Under the pieces are notes generated by a model, which had not been told where the DNA came from, did not search any database, and was given only the letters and a program-made list of their open reading frames with translations. Shown in pieces: positions 25,796 to 39,920 of a stretch of 64,000 bases of DNA (its first letter is position 1; each line of letters opens with the position of its first letter). Position numbers and translations under genes: made by a program. The stretch is from contig NC_068987.1 of NCBI RefSeq assembly GCF_001194135.2, positions 3,458,591-3,522,590 on the forward strand. The letters are read 5' to 3'. This stretch comes from Octopus bimaculoides (lineage: Eukaryota).

Positions 25796-28739
25796 TTGTC
25801 GTCTTCTTTTTGAATTGTAGATAATAGTAAATTCTTGTAACTAGTCTGTCTCGTGTTATATATTTCGTTTTGCATCTTCTCAGCATGTGTGTATGTGTGT
25901 ATATATATATATATATATGTATATAGACAGATATATATATATATATATCGAGAGAAAGAGAGGTGTGTTTTAGGCATGTCGTAGAACCAGTGTGTGGGCA
26001 CTTGTCTCCCGATTAATGTGTCAACGTTTTCTCCATCACAGATATCTGAACGATTTCTTGCTATCAAATATAAAACTTGAATTTATCTTTTTATAAATTA
26101 TAAGAACCGATGTATATTTTTAATCCTGGAAATATAATATCTGTGTTAGGCTTGTGTGTGTTTAACTACAGCTACACAAGAAATGTCGCCGGTGCTCGGC
26201 TCTTGCGAGGTAGACACACCGCATCATGTGTTAACCTTTTTACCATCAAATGGCTAAAAAAAATAATAATAATAAAGCCACCGTTTTCGCTACAAAATGT
26301 ATTATTGACGATTATAAGATGGATTATTCATTTTATTTCCTTATTTTAAATGGAGTGAAGCTACTTAATGTAAATTAACCTGCACCCAGGCTGGAGTAAA
26401 AATGTCTTAATTCTTTTGTAAATGATTTCTAGCTGAAGATCTGAACTGATAATCACAGACCGATGAAATAAAACCGAAAGGGTGTTATGTATGTGTGTGT
26501 GTTGTTTCTAATATAAATTACTCAGTAATTACATCGGGAATATTAGTTTTACTTCCATACGTCCATTATTATTCTTGATTGCATTCATTATGATAATTCA
26601 CAGTAAAATAGATATCAATTGGTCATGCTATATATGATATCCGGTTGAAAATAAATGCTGTACTGTGGAAGGGGGTCGCTTTCTTTTTTGTGTTCAGTTT
26701 TTTTTATTTATTTATTTTCTTTAAAGTATATTACAATCATATGTTATGTATGAATTTAGGACAAGCTATGTTTAATCGGTTTCGAGCCAACGGAGGCGGC
26801 TCCAACTGTCGCTTAACTTGCTAGAAATAGCTACCACATCTTCCACGAGTCTCCCGCTACCGTCCGAATTAATAAATACGTAAAATTAAAATTGATTACA
26901 GGTTTGTTTGATGAAGGTCGGCCGGGGGTTAAACAACAACTACGAGACATGAAGAAAATTGTTGTCGAAAGTTAGTGTACATCAGTATAATGGCTTCATT
27001 ACAAAATAACGTGTGTGTAATATATAGATACATAGATAGAGAGAGAGAGAGAGAGATAAACTTTCGTATAAGCAATTTTATGTGCTGTGCTTCGCTATCT
27101 CTTTACTAAAACGAAGTTCTCTATGCACTTGACAATAAGATATGTTTAAATTATAAGACTGAGACAAACCAGCATTTAATCATTATTGTGAAGTTTGTAG
27201 TGATTCGAAGGGGTTTCAGCTGCTATTTCTAACACATCGAATGACCACGTAGAAATTCTCTCGTTTACTCCAGCGTAGAGTAATAAAGTGTTCCTTTGTA
27301 TAGAAGAGATGAAGAAAAAAAGACAAGCAGAAATGGTCTGTTATATAGGCACAAGCCCAGGAATTGGGGAGGGGGTAGTCGATGAAATCGACCCCAGTAC
27401 TTTACTGGTACTTTATTTTATCAGCCCCAGAAGGATCGACGACAAAGTTGATTTCGACTGGATTTGAACTCAGAACGTAACGTACGAAATTGGCTGAAAT
27501 ACTAGTTTCTGGATCAAATGGACGCCTACAAACATTGGACCTGTCATGTTAGTGAATGCACGTGATGTATTTGTTTACATAAAACGTGATACGAGTTCGG
27601 TTTTATTTTCCTTTTGTCTTTTTACTGCCGCAAATTTTTGTCCACTCCTTGCTCAGCCCTAATTCAACAGATCTATAATCAAAATCATTCCAGCCGTGAC
27701 TAACCTGCCTTTTATTTATTTATTTTTTTGTTACCAGTCACAGTGTACCTAGGACTACATGATCTACAATGTCCCTCGTTTGTTTTAACTCTTTACCCGT
27801 CCAAATCATTTCCATAAGTTTAACCTAAACGTCCGTGCTTGTTTTCTGACCTTTTAATTACGCGAAGTTAATTTGGTTTTGTTTGTGGGTCATATATTTC
27901 TTTTTTAGATGTTGGACTATAAGCCAAGTGCCTATATATATTAATTAAGGTCTGAAGATACACCATAAAGCTACCCTTTATGGCGAGAAACCCAGAGTAG
28001 CCCTATAAACCAGCCTTTACCAGTAATTAATATAGACTGTGCTGCTTCTCCTGATTTATATTTTTCTCAAAAAAAAAAAACATATATATGTGTGTGTTGT
28101 TTATATATGCACCATTCCTCCATGTGATTGGCTTGGAAAATTAAGATATTTACATATTTTCTTAACATGAAACTAATGGTAGCCTGAATATTCAAATAAA
28201 GGAATTTTATTCACCACTGCGATGTTGAGCACTCATTGTTTAACATTTACACACACGCTCACGTCAGCCCCTTCTTTCATACGCACCTTTCATAAGTCTC
28301 ACGTTATTGCTGTGGTTGAAAACAAAATGGTAATGTGCATCATATATGATGCATGGACAACAGGGAAACATACAGGACAGGCAGAGGGTTAAAAATGTGA
28401 TTTGAGATAAATTTGGCCTCAGTGGTCACACAGAGATTCCCTCTTCGGTTCCTGTAGCTTGTTTTATTTGTTGACGTAGAACGTAGTTGGACCAACAAGG
28501 TGTTAGGGTCCACCGTTTTACCCTCTTGGCATGTTTTTGTTGCGACTCAAGAAACAGCGTAAAAATCAAAACGTTTCCTTTTCTTGTTCAAGGTGCAATG
28601 GACAATAATGTAATAGAAAAAATATTAATAAATAATTTATTTTCTGTAAATTACGTAAATATTTTCAACTATACACTCACGCACACACACACGTAAAGCT
28701 ATCTACCCCATCTATATATCCACATGTACACGCACGTAC

Positions 28740-28771
<32 letters not shown>

Positions 28772-29296
28772 GGATACATATATTTATTAAAAACATACAT
28801 ATGCTACAGAAACATTTCCACACATATACACACAAATAGGCACCAAAACACACACACACACATACCCACGCACGCACACACATAAATTATGTAAATATTT
28901 CTGTCTAGTTTAAGGTAAAAATTTTGTCTCTGGTGCTGCATTCTTTTCTCTTATTAAACAAACCAAGACATTCCACGCGATTCGTATTCCACGTTAACCG
29001 ATCATCTGCTGCCATTCCAAAAGACAATATTTATCTCCAGACACTTCCAACACACCTTTTCCATCACCAGAACCAATAAGGTTCCCACGTGATATTAAAG
29101 GAATAAATGGCTACCAAAAAATCGATAGATTTTTATCATTTCTCCTCCTCTTCCTCACCAATGATTATTAACGAAATAAATATATAACAGAAGTTACGAT
29201 CATTTACTGTAATTGCTTGGTTAGATTTATTCATGGTAAATATTGTTATGTCTAAATTATTACTCTACGCCTGGCATATGACAGAAATTAGTAGCA

Positions 29297-29350
<54 letters not shown>

Positions 29351-29582
29351 GGGTGGGTGGGGGTGGACACATACACACTCAAGCAGTGCTCTAAAATGTC
29401 CTTAGCCGTCATAAGCAAAAGAAACGAAAGCCACAACCTAGTTACATGTCCACACGCATACATTTGTGTATGTCTTATGTATATATGTATCATCATCAGG
29501 TTTACATCCGTTTTCACACGCTTGCATACGACTTACACAACGACTCGTCATTTCTCTGTCATCTGCTACATATATAATAGTA

Positions 29583-29615
<33 letters not shown>

Positions 29616-31420
29616 GATAATAAAGATCTCAGTGGGGAACCTCAACGTGGTCACTCGACCTGCTAGAAATAGAGCCACACTTCTCTCAAATCTATCTTAT
29701 TGTCTTAAGTAAGGAAAGGACATTGGATAATAATAGTCAGTCCTAGATATCGTTAAAATAGATGGGGTTTCATCACAGCTGGGCTATCTTCGATCATCGT
29801 GCTACTTAAACGGGGCTGACCTAAGGTTAAACAACAACTGTGTATGTGTATGTCTTTATCGTTTGGTTGTTTCGGCCAAAGGACTGCGGCCATGCTGTAG
29901 CACCGCCTTAAAGGGTTTTAGGTACACAATTTGACTTTTTTTTTTCCCTTTTTTTTATGTCCTGTGCTTATTTCTGTCTGTATTTTTTGCCGAACCGCTA
30001 TATTATGGGATGTAAACAGACCAACATCAACCCGGTTGGACCCTCAAAGCCATTCGATGACTTTAAAAAATTCTATCATATTTTTATAATAAAAATATTA
30101 ATTAGAATTGTATGAAACAAAAAATACTGTTGAAATATTTTGTGCTTTGTGGAAGCATAAGCAATATACCGCAGAAAAAAAGTTTAACAGCAAAATCTTC
30201 TGTGGACCCTGGTTGAGAACCACTGATCTGTGCGGTTGGAGCAAAGCTTTTTATGGTTGGTATGAATTGGGTAACTTTCTAGACGGGTGGCTTTCTCGAC
30301 AGCCGAGAAAACTCCTATCCACGATGTTGGGAGGGGGTTTAGCTACCAATGGCACTCGGTTATAAGGCTGCAAGGAATAGAGTTTATCTCCGTGGAGTAA
30401 ANNNNNNNNNNNNNNNNNNNNNNNNNNNNNNNNNNNNNNNNNNNNNNNNNNNNNNNNNNNNNNNNNNNNNNNNNNNNNNNNNNNNNNNNNNNNNNNNNNN
30501 NNNNNNNNNNNNNNNNNNNNNNNNNNNNNNNNNNNNNNNNNNNNNNNNNNNNNNNNNNNNNNNNNNNNNNNNNNNNNNNNNNNNNNNNNNNNNNNNNNNN
30601 NNNNNNNNNNNNNNNNNNNNNNNNNNNNNNNNNNNNNNNNNNNNNNNNNNNNNNNNNNNNNNNNNNNNNNNNNNNNNNNNNNNNNNNNNNNNNNNNNNNN
30701 NNNNNNNNNNNNNNNNNNNNNNNNNNNNNNNNNNNNNNNNNNNNNNNNNNNNNNNNNNNNNNNNNNNNNNNNNNNNNNNNNNNNNNNNNNNNNNNNNNNN
30801 NNNNNNNNNNNNNNNNNNNNNNNNNNNNNNNNNNNNNNNNNNNNNNNNNNNNNNNNNNNNNNNNNNNNNNNNNNNNNNNNNNNNNNNNNNNNNNNNNNNN
30901 NNNNNNNNNNNNNNNNNNNNNNNNNNNNNNNNNNNNNNNNNNNNNNNNNNNNNNNNNNNNNNNNNNNNNNNNNNNNNNNNNNNNNNNNNNNNNNNNNNNN
31001 NNNNNNNNNNNNNNNNNNNNNNNNNNNNNNNNNNNNNNNNNNNNNNNNNNNNNNNNNNNNNNNNNNNNNNNNNNNNNNNNNNNNNNNNNNNNNNNNNNNN
31101 NNNNNNNNNNNNNNNNNNNNNNNNNNNNNNNNNNNNNNNNNNNNNNNNNNNNNNNNNNNNNNNNNNNNNNNNNNNNNNNNNNNNNNNNNNNNNNNNNNNN
31201 NNNNNNNNNNNNNNNNNNNNNNNNNNNNNNNNNNNNNNNNNNNNNNNNNNNNNNNNNNNNNNNNNNNNNNNNNNNNNNNNNNNNNNNNNNNNNNNNNNNN
31301 NNNNNNNNNNNNNNNNNNNNNNNNNNNNNNNNNNNNNNNNNNNCTCAGAGCTAAAGCAAAAGTATATTGAGTTCTAACAACTGGTTATTAGTATTGCTGT
31401 ATCACTCTGCCTAAGAGATC

Positions 31421-31456
<36 letters not shown>

Positions 31457-34400
31457 CACATACTCACACACACATGCAAAGTAACTGAGGGGTTGATATT
31501 TTCATGCCTGGTATTTATCAGACTTACTTAAGATCTATCCAATTAGTGCAACCAAACAGCTGTCTGTGCCTAAAAGTATGAAAAGAAGTAAATTCCTAGC
31601 AATCGTTCTGTTTCTCTCCAATAACACTAATATCTTCCCATCTGGTTGAAATGCAAAGAAAAGATAAACACCTCACGCAGATTGAGTTCTTTGAACGGTG
31701 CTTTCATTGCTGCTTGGATCCTGTTCTACATCACAATCAGCACAGGTTCTTCTCAAACCTGGTGATTCATACATAAAAGTAGGGTTTTCTTTTGATATGC
31801 AGTTTCCCTACTTTGCCAAATACAGGGCATCTCTCTATAATGAAAGCCTGTTTATAACGATGCAATTTGTATTTTGACAATGTTTTCATTTTGGCCACAT
31901 GATAGACATCAGTAATTTTCAGCTGTACTTTATGAGAAGTGTTGACTTAATTAAAATGTAACATTATCAACTCTTGTTTTATGAAGTTCACATGTGTCTT
32001 TAATGCAGTTATTTCAATAATTCTGATCCATGGCAATGTCTGGTACACACACACACACACGCACACTCACACACACAAATTTCAAATTCCATCTGTGTTC
32101 TTTTTATACCTACACTTATGGAATCCCATCATATATACATGTGTGTATCTTTGTGTCTGTTGTTCACTAACATCCTTACTGCTTGACAACCTGTGTTGGT
32201 TTGTTTATGTTCCTATAACTTACAGTTTCCAATAGAATAAATATCAGTCTTCAAAAGCAAAAAACCAGTTTGTACTGGGCCCTGTTTCTTTGACTAAAAC
32301 TGTTCAAAGCCACGCCCCAGCATGGCCACAACCTGTACTTGCACCTATCTCTGGACAACTGACCATGGCTGTGCCCATCACCCTGTTGGACATAAGATAT
32401 CTTTACTGCCATCATTTCATACGGTCCTCCTCTAACCATCATGGCTAAACTAAGCACAACAATATATTAACTTTCCTCCAATCTTGCACCTGGCCTCACG
32501 AAAGACTTTTGTCTGTATATATTATGCGTAACAGCATTTACCGATTCTTGGCATCTTTTCACAGTGCTTGATGCATTGCGTGGACAAGCCAGAGAATCTA
32601 CTCTCTTGCACGCACCTTGTAACACTCAATTGCTTCAGTAGCTGTGTTCGTTGCCCAATTCTCTCTTTCATACAACAAACAGCATCATATTCTGTGTTTT
32701 TCTCGTGCACCACTTACACGCTCCCCGTCACACCACACACGTTTTCCTCTTTTTTCTTGCTTTGAGAGATAAATTGTTTATCTCCAACTTAAAACACTCC
32801 AATCTTCCATATGTGATGTGGTTTATGTTTTTCACTTGCTATTTGATTAAGTTTCATGTAAGTGGCACAAAAATTTCTAAACAAACACTTCTGTTCTGAC
32901 ATTAATAAATGTTATTTCTGGGCCAGGCACATCACCACGTAAACCAAAGTAGTGCAGTGCTTATGATTAAGATGGCAGCATTTTGTGAACTCTACATTCT
33001 TCTGGTATGAGTGGATGTTTGTGTGTGTGTGTGTGTTGTATATGTATACACACACACACATGGCTGTATTGTTAAATAGTTTGCTTCCCAACCACATGGT
33101 TACGAGTTCAGTTCTACTGCACGAGAGCTTGGGCAAGTCTCGTGAGTGGATTTGTTTGAAAGAAACTGAAAGAAGCCTGTTGTGTATGGAAGATATATCA
33201 TCATCATCATCATCATCATATTACTGACCCTTACCTATTTCCAAGGAAGGTTATATTTCCCCCATGCCCAGACATGTCTTTCCACTTGTATAATGAAGAT
33301 GCTTGTTCACAATCATTACATGATGTTAAGGCTAAGATACACACCTGTAGTGAATTGTCTCCTCATAATTCCACCAGGTGCAAAACACCACCTTGCGTTC
33401 GAAGCACCCATGTTTGGCAAGAGATTCTGGAAGCCAGCCCTTGCTTAATCATTACTTTTGCATGTTAGGATTGCAAGAAAATATCTCCCTCTGATTATTA
33501 ATTATTCCAATCCATGGCTCACTTTTGGCGCTTGCAGGATTTCATCAACCAAGAGCAGGCAGCAGCTTCAGTGGAAGAGTATTATAAAACCTTTGACTCA
33601 ACCCAGATTTTGTAATATATATAATGACCTTTATAAATGATGTCAGAACTTAAGTAGAATATGGCAGAATGATTAATTGACAGTAGAAAGCAAAGATCTA
33701 ATCTACAGTTAATTAGCAATTTGAAATTAAATTTAGTGGGAAATATATTAATGATAAAAGGTATAATTAATTCTTCTTTTGAAGTAAGAAAACAAAATGC
33801 CAGTGTAGCAGTTGAAATGATTATTAATTATATAACACCACTCGTTAATAAATGAGACTTTATTCTTGGTTTTACAAAAATAGACTTGCGTTGAACCCTT
33901 CAGCATTCACATTGCTCTGCTCTCAAATGTAATACTTATTTATTCTCATTGTTTTGAATTAATCATGAAATATCTTGTAGCTTTGAGATTTGACATTGTA
34001 GAGTAGGTGTGAGAGGTCGGATCTGGCCAGTTTGAACATAAAACTAGTAGAATATTTGGGCTGGATATGGCCTGTTTAAATGCTTAAGGATGAATATGCC
34101 TGAAATACCAAAAGGGAAATTTCCATCAGCACTTCCCACTTTGAGGAAATGTATTATTGTCATCATAGTCATCAACCCCAGGACATTAGTGGCCCGAGTT
34201 CTGGGCCAGGACCGGTCACCTGGTGTCCATAGCATATAAATGATCAAGATCACAACGTTCCCCCTTAAACAGGATGTCTGTCCATTGCAGAGTTACTTGC
34301 TTACAGCTGAGTGGCAATGTGAAATGAAGTGTTTTGCCTAAGAACACAATGCACTGCCCAGACCAGGGAAGGAAACCGTGATCTTGCAATCTTTAGTTCA

Positions 34401-36554
34401 AATCTCTTAACCACTAGGCCATGCACCTTTGCTGTTTGCTAATCAATAAATATATCCTGTCAAGGATGTTGATGGATCAAGTCCTTCCACAACATCAATA
34501 TAAACAAACAAATCTCTTTCAAATTATTGTTCTTGGTTCAGATGATGACAGGTCTATTTCATCAGGGTTGACAACACCACCAGGCACTCATTTTATACTG
34601 ATCCCTAAGTTAATGCTGTTAGCACTAATTAAACCCTTGATTTTCCTGTAGATGGTGTATTTGAGTCACATCAAAGATTTCATTTTTTCAAATATTTTAG
34701 TTCTTCCTATCTACTTGGATACTTTGGTGTATGTTTTCATGAGGAATCTCTTATCACAACTTTGGTAAGTGCTGTAAAGGGAAGTCTATGAGCTTCACTG
34801 TAGCAGTTACAGTGTGGCGCCAACATATTGGAGTTGTTACTTATATGCTAACATGCTTAATTATATTAGTTAATGAACTAATAAGAGCAGGCATGGCTGT
34901 GTGGTTAACAGGCTTGCTTTGCAACTGTCTGGTTTCAGGTTCAGTCCTACTGAGTGACACGTTCGGCAAGGGTCTTCTGCATGAAATTTTAATCCATCTT
35001 TGTACACAAGTAAACAAGATCAGAAATCAGAAACTACTGGTAGTTATGAATAAAAAAGGAAACACTTAAATACTTAATCTGGTGAGTGCAGTATCTGAGG
35101 GGTAAACATTGTTGAATAATGCTTAACTCAACCAATCAAAAACAAAGGGAGATAACTAGAAAGAAACATTTTGAAATTAGTTGATGCATCCGAAAACCAA
35201 ATTAATCCAAACTGGAAATGGATAATGTAAGGAGGGGAGGAATAATCTAAATGTTGATAGATACGTTTATTTTGGAAAATAAGTATCTAACATAAAGTTT
35301 GACCCCCAGAAATCTAGTCCAGTTATTTTTGTGAAGTATTTTCTCATGAACATTAAATATTTATTACTCTTTATTCTTAAAAGGCACTGGTGCTTAATAC
35401 CATGTAAAAAAAAAAACACTGGTTCTGGTGCCGTGTAAAAAGCACCCAGTACACTCTGCAAAGTGGTTGGCATTAGGAAGGGCTGCCAAAAACAGGCTAT
35501 GGAACCTGGTGTGCCCCCCCCCCCCAGCCTTGCCAGCTCCTAGCAAACCATCCAACCCATACCAGCATGGAAAGCAGAAGTTAAAGGGTGATGATTGTTT
35601 GAGATATATGTGTCTAGATATGTTTGTCATGTGTGTATGTATGGATGTGCAGCTACATACATGAATGGGTGCATGTATACACTGGTGTGCACATGTGCAT
35701 CAATGCACACATGCACATGAGAAAGTACTCAATCTATGATATAGAGTACATAGTGTTCTGGTAAACTGAATCACTTCCTTTTTTTCTTTTTTAAAGTTTC
35801 CTTCCACTGCAATATCATTCAGACAAGTGTCTTAGGGTATTTCAAACGAGTTTTTTTTTCAATATATATTTAAGTGTGTGGGGGGAGGGGGTGGTCCTCT
35901 TTGTGTATTTTCTTTTCAATGGTTAATTGCTAAATACAATTTTGTCAAGACGGTCGTTTTGGTTGTTGTTACAGTGTTGATTCATCAGTTGTTTTGTGTG
36001 TGTGTAGTATGGTCTTTGTCTGTCTGTCTGTATGCATGCATGTATGTATGTTGGTATCACAGATCTCAAAAAGAAATACCAGCACATGATTTCAGGCTTG
36101 ATCTTCAACAAATGTATTTTACTGTAGTCCTGAATGGGTCATTACTTTGTGTAAACACACACACACACACACACACCATACTTATGCAATAATGTCTTCA
36201 TAAACAGAAATGAGTATTCAATACATTCTGTCAAATGCTTATATTTATTATATGTAAGAGTTGATAATTATTTCTGTACCTCGACATTGTTTTCTGTGAC
36301 ATAGAGGAGCATTCATCAGGTGAAGGTCTTTCTCATGAACACACACACACACACACTCTCTCTCTCGCATACAATCAATATGCATATTAAGATCAATAAA
36401 TCTTTATCCTTTCATATGAATTACATTTACTATTAAAAGTCATTGATTTTCTTTTTGCTTTTTTGTTTGTTTGTTTTAGTCATAGCCATGGCTTGTCGTT
36501 ATTGTGCAGTTGTATTCATTTCCTTAATCGTAAACGTTTCCGTGTCTGTTGCAG

Positions 36555-36891
36555 CTCTGACAAAGAAAATGACTATCTTGATGAACGAGTGGTTGGTGCT
36601 TTTGCCAGTGATCTGCATTATAATCTGAACAAAACTTGCTCCAATGCAATGGAGGACATCCCCTTCATAACTCTCTTACAAAATGCTAACAAACCTCCCC
36701 AACAGAGTTGTAGTCCCTCAGCAATATCACACAATTCAGGAGCTGAAGACTTGGTAGCGAGCTCGGAAAGTGAGCCGGCCGTTTCAGACCACTTATTACA
36801 ACAATACGGAAATGGCACTACCAGTGATGATGATGACGATGATGATGATGAAGAAAACTGCAATAAAGAAGGATTTGTGTTAATTGATTCA
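36555..36891 (+). CDS. ATG13: ATG13 coding exon 4 (VVGAFA, EDIPF, poly-Asp, LIR FVLI)
   Basis: Acceptor tgttgcag|C, donor TCA|gtaagt. VGAF, DIPF and FVLID match human KVGAFV, DIPF and DDFVMIDF. Confidence 0.93.
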
Positions 36892-38269
36892 GTAAGTTGT
36901 ATCTCATCTTTCTATCCATCCATCAATCAGCTTCATTATATTATGTCTGTTTTTCTTCTCTGGAATGGGTTTCACAGTTTCTTCCAGGAGCACAAGACCT
37001 TGCCCTTTTTTCATAGTCCCTTTGTCATTTGTGACCTAGAGCAGCAGAGAAAACGGCTAATTCTTGTTGTTGTGAATGATATGATTTATTTTTTTTTGCA
37101 TGTTCTTTTCTGTGGATGGATGCCATTCCGATCACTTGTCATTATATAACCTGAATTGAGTTCATTGTATGGAGATGACATCTCTATAAAATGAAGTCTG
37201 TGGCAGAACTGAAGAGTCCCTTCGCAATCTTGAATCAGCTTCTATTTTAAGAGTCACCACACTCCTAGGCCAGTTGCCTTCGCTGCGTCTACATTCTCCT
37301 CTGTTCTTTCTTGTTCTTTTTTTAATGCTTTTTCTTTGTAATTGGACGCCTTTCCTGTCGCCCACCACTTTACAGTATGGACTGGTTTCTCTCTCCCGCT
37401 TCTCTTTCTGCTTTCTTATTTGTTGTGCTTCTGTGCATGTATAAAAAGAGAGAGGGAGCGAATAACCAGTCCATGCCATCAAGTCATTAGCAATAGGAAG
37501 GACATTCAAATTCCAGACCAAAATCAAAGCATAAAGAAAAGAAGACTGAAAAAATCCAGTGGAGACAGCAAGGCTTATTTCTTCCCTGCTTTTGTATATT
37601 TTGTGTATTTAGTTAGTGTTTCATACAGAACCATCACACAATGTTCCCTTCTTATTCAGCAACGATAACAACTCTCTGAACTTTTCCATCTTGTTCTAAT
37701 CCATTTGCTATGCTTTCTAAACACCTGCCTCCTTTCCTAATTAGGTCACCTAGGTAACAATCTGATGCTGAGAAGAAGAAATTTGTCTTGAGTATGAATC
37801 AAGAAATGTTGTAGCTGAAATATAGGTATGGGTGTGACTATGTGGTTAAGAAACTTGCTTCCCAAACAAATGGTTATAGGTTCAATCCTACTACACAGCA
37901 TCTTAGACAAGTGTCTTCTTCTATAGCTTCAGGCTCACCAAAACTTTGTGAGTGGATTCGGTTGATGGAAACTGAAAGAAGCCCATTGTGTGTGTGTCCT
38001 TGGCAGTACATCATAGTTGTAAGTGTCACTGTCATACAAGCAGTGTCATTCATTTCTGCATAAACGTGTCTAACTATAGGAAAATATTAGTTTGCTTGGA
38101 AACAAGGTGAGGGTTGGCAACAGGAAGTGCATCCAGCCGTAGAAAATCTGTCTCAACAAATTCTGTTTGACCCATGCAAGCTTGAAAAAGTGTACATTAA
38201 AGCAATGATGTTGATGGTTTAACATTAACAAGCAGTAACTTATACTCGTGTGTTTGTTTTTACTTTCAG

Positions 38270-38473
38270 ATTCCTCCTTTTGCTGGTGAAGACACTTGTA
38301 GTGATTTATGGCGCTGCTACCAAGAGACACAAGGAGTACCTGCCCTGTCAATATGTAAAGAGGAGTTTACACTAGCTGAGACACTGCAGGATGTGACCAA
38401 TCAACTACAAGCTTTTGAAACCAATTCTAGGGACTTCGATGATTTTGTAAACGAGTTGGCTGAAAAGGAATAA
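38270..38473 (+). CDS. ATG13: ATG13 last coding exon (IPPFAGED...RDFDDFVNELAEKE*)
   Basis: Acceptor tttttactttcag|ATT, phase 0. PPF and FDDFV match human KPAF and EFDAFVETL (ULK1-binding C-terminus). Total CDS 1461 nt = 486 aa. Confidence 0.93.
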   Translation: MPPFAGEDTCSDLWRCYQETQGVPALSICKEEFTLAETLQDVTNQLQAFETNSRDFDDFVNELAEKE

Positions 38474-39584
38474 TATCATTACTTAACAAATATTTTAAAA
38501 ATAGGAACGTTTATCAATGACAAATAAATGATTATCAGGCAATCTATTTATTTGGACATATTCTTGTGTTTTTGTGCATGATTTCATGCATGGATGAGAA
38601 ATGATAGTTTGTGAGCTTCTTCATTGATTACGGTTTCTCTTGTGTGAAAAAAAAAAGAAATTATTTATATGTGACAGGTGCAGATGTGGGTGTGTGGTTA
38701 AGAAGCTTGCTTCACAACTCTGTAGCTCTGGGTTCAGTCCCACTGCACAGCACCTTAGGTAAGTGTCTTTTAATATATTCTCAGCACAGCTAGGACCTTG
38801 TGAGTGGATTTAATAGATAGAATCTGAATGAAGTTCATTGTCGTCATCATCATTGTTTAACATCCACTTTCCATACTGGCATGGATTAGACAATTTGACT
38901 GAAAACTGGTAAACCAGGGGGCTGCAGCAGGTACCGATCTGAATTTGGCAAGGTTTCTACAGCTGGATGCCCTTCCTAACGCTATCCACTCCAAGAGTGT
39001 AGTGGGTGCTTTTTACATGCCACCGACTTGACACTGGTATCAGCCATGACTACGGTGTCATTTGGCTTGACAGGTCAACATAAGCAACCCTGTATTGTCA
39101 TTCTAAAATTAAACGATCACATCATAGAAATCTTAAAGCTCTGAGATAATGCATGATTAATTCAAAACGATGTGAATAAATAAGCATTACTTTTGACAAT
39201 AATCTGAATGCTAAAGGGTTAAAGTTCTGTTGAAAAGAACGGACTGTCATCTTGTGATGATTTAGGGTTAAAATTTAGAGGAACCCCAACTGGTGATTGT
39301 AAATAAATTTCAGCAATGCCATCTTCAAAACAGATCTCTTTGTTATTGTGAACAAAGTTTTTGCAGTGGATGAAGGTTTATTAAATACAGGGTGACCTCC
39401 CAAAAAAAACAGAACCCACAAATCTTTGAATAAAACAATGCAGAGGGATAGATTGAGATGAACAGTGATTCTAGTAAGACCAGGACATACCCCTGCATCA
39501 AATGACTCCCAAGCCTGGCTGAGAGAGCGATTTCAGGAGAGACCGACCAGCAGGAAGTGTGACTTTGAATGGGCACCAGATTCA

Positions 39585-39920
39585 TTGGACTTGAACCTCC
39601 CGCCAGATTTTTATTTGCAGGGTCCATTCGTGCAGTGAGTTGTATCCAGATATGGGTGGCTTATCTGGTATTCCTTGAAGGAATTTGTCCAGACTCTGTT
39701 TAAAGGTGATGGGATCCTTTTCCTCTTTGATCAGTTTTGGAATAATGTTAAACAGGGCAGGGCCTGTTGAGGAAAAGACATTGTATCACAGTGTACCTAT
39801 ATGTTGTGATCCTGAATTGAGCAGGGGACGGATGGTCCGTGGTCCCAGCCTTGGATGAACCTTGAAGCTAATGTTCAAGTCATTTGGGCAATGCCGGCAG
39901 TATATTCTCCACATTGTGCA
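39585..39920 (-). mobile_element. CR1/L2-group LINE ORF2 C-terminal remnant
   Basis: Minus strand reads MWRIY...RLGPR...TGPALFNIIP...FKQSLDKFLQGIPDKP...GYNSLHEW with one stop. Confidence 0.55.

Noticed and set aside
30349-31377. Long ORFs in the supplied track (also 45991-46941 and 49662-50430)
   Set aside because: They read through N gaps and microsatellites; there is no coding signal.
33538-33640. Possible extra ATG13 cassette exon after ttgcag (also 34542 after ttcag)
   Set aside because: No compatible donor or phase, and no homology; exons 3 and 4 already join in frame. An exon hidden in gap 30402-31343 cannot be excluded.
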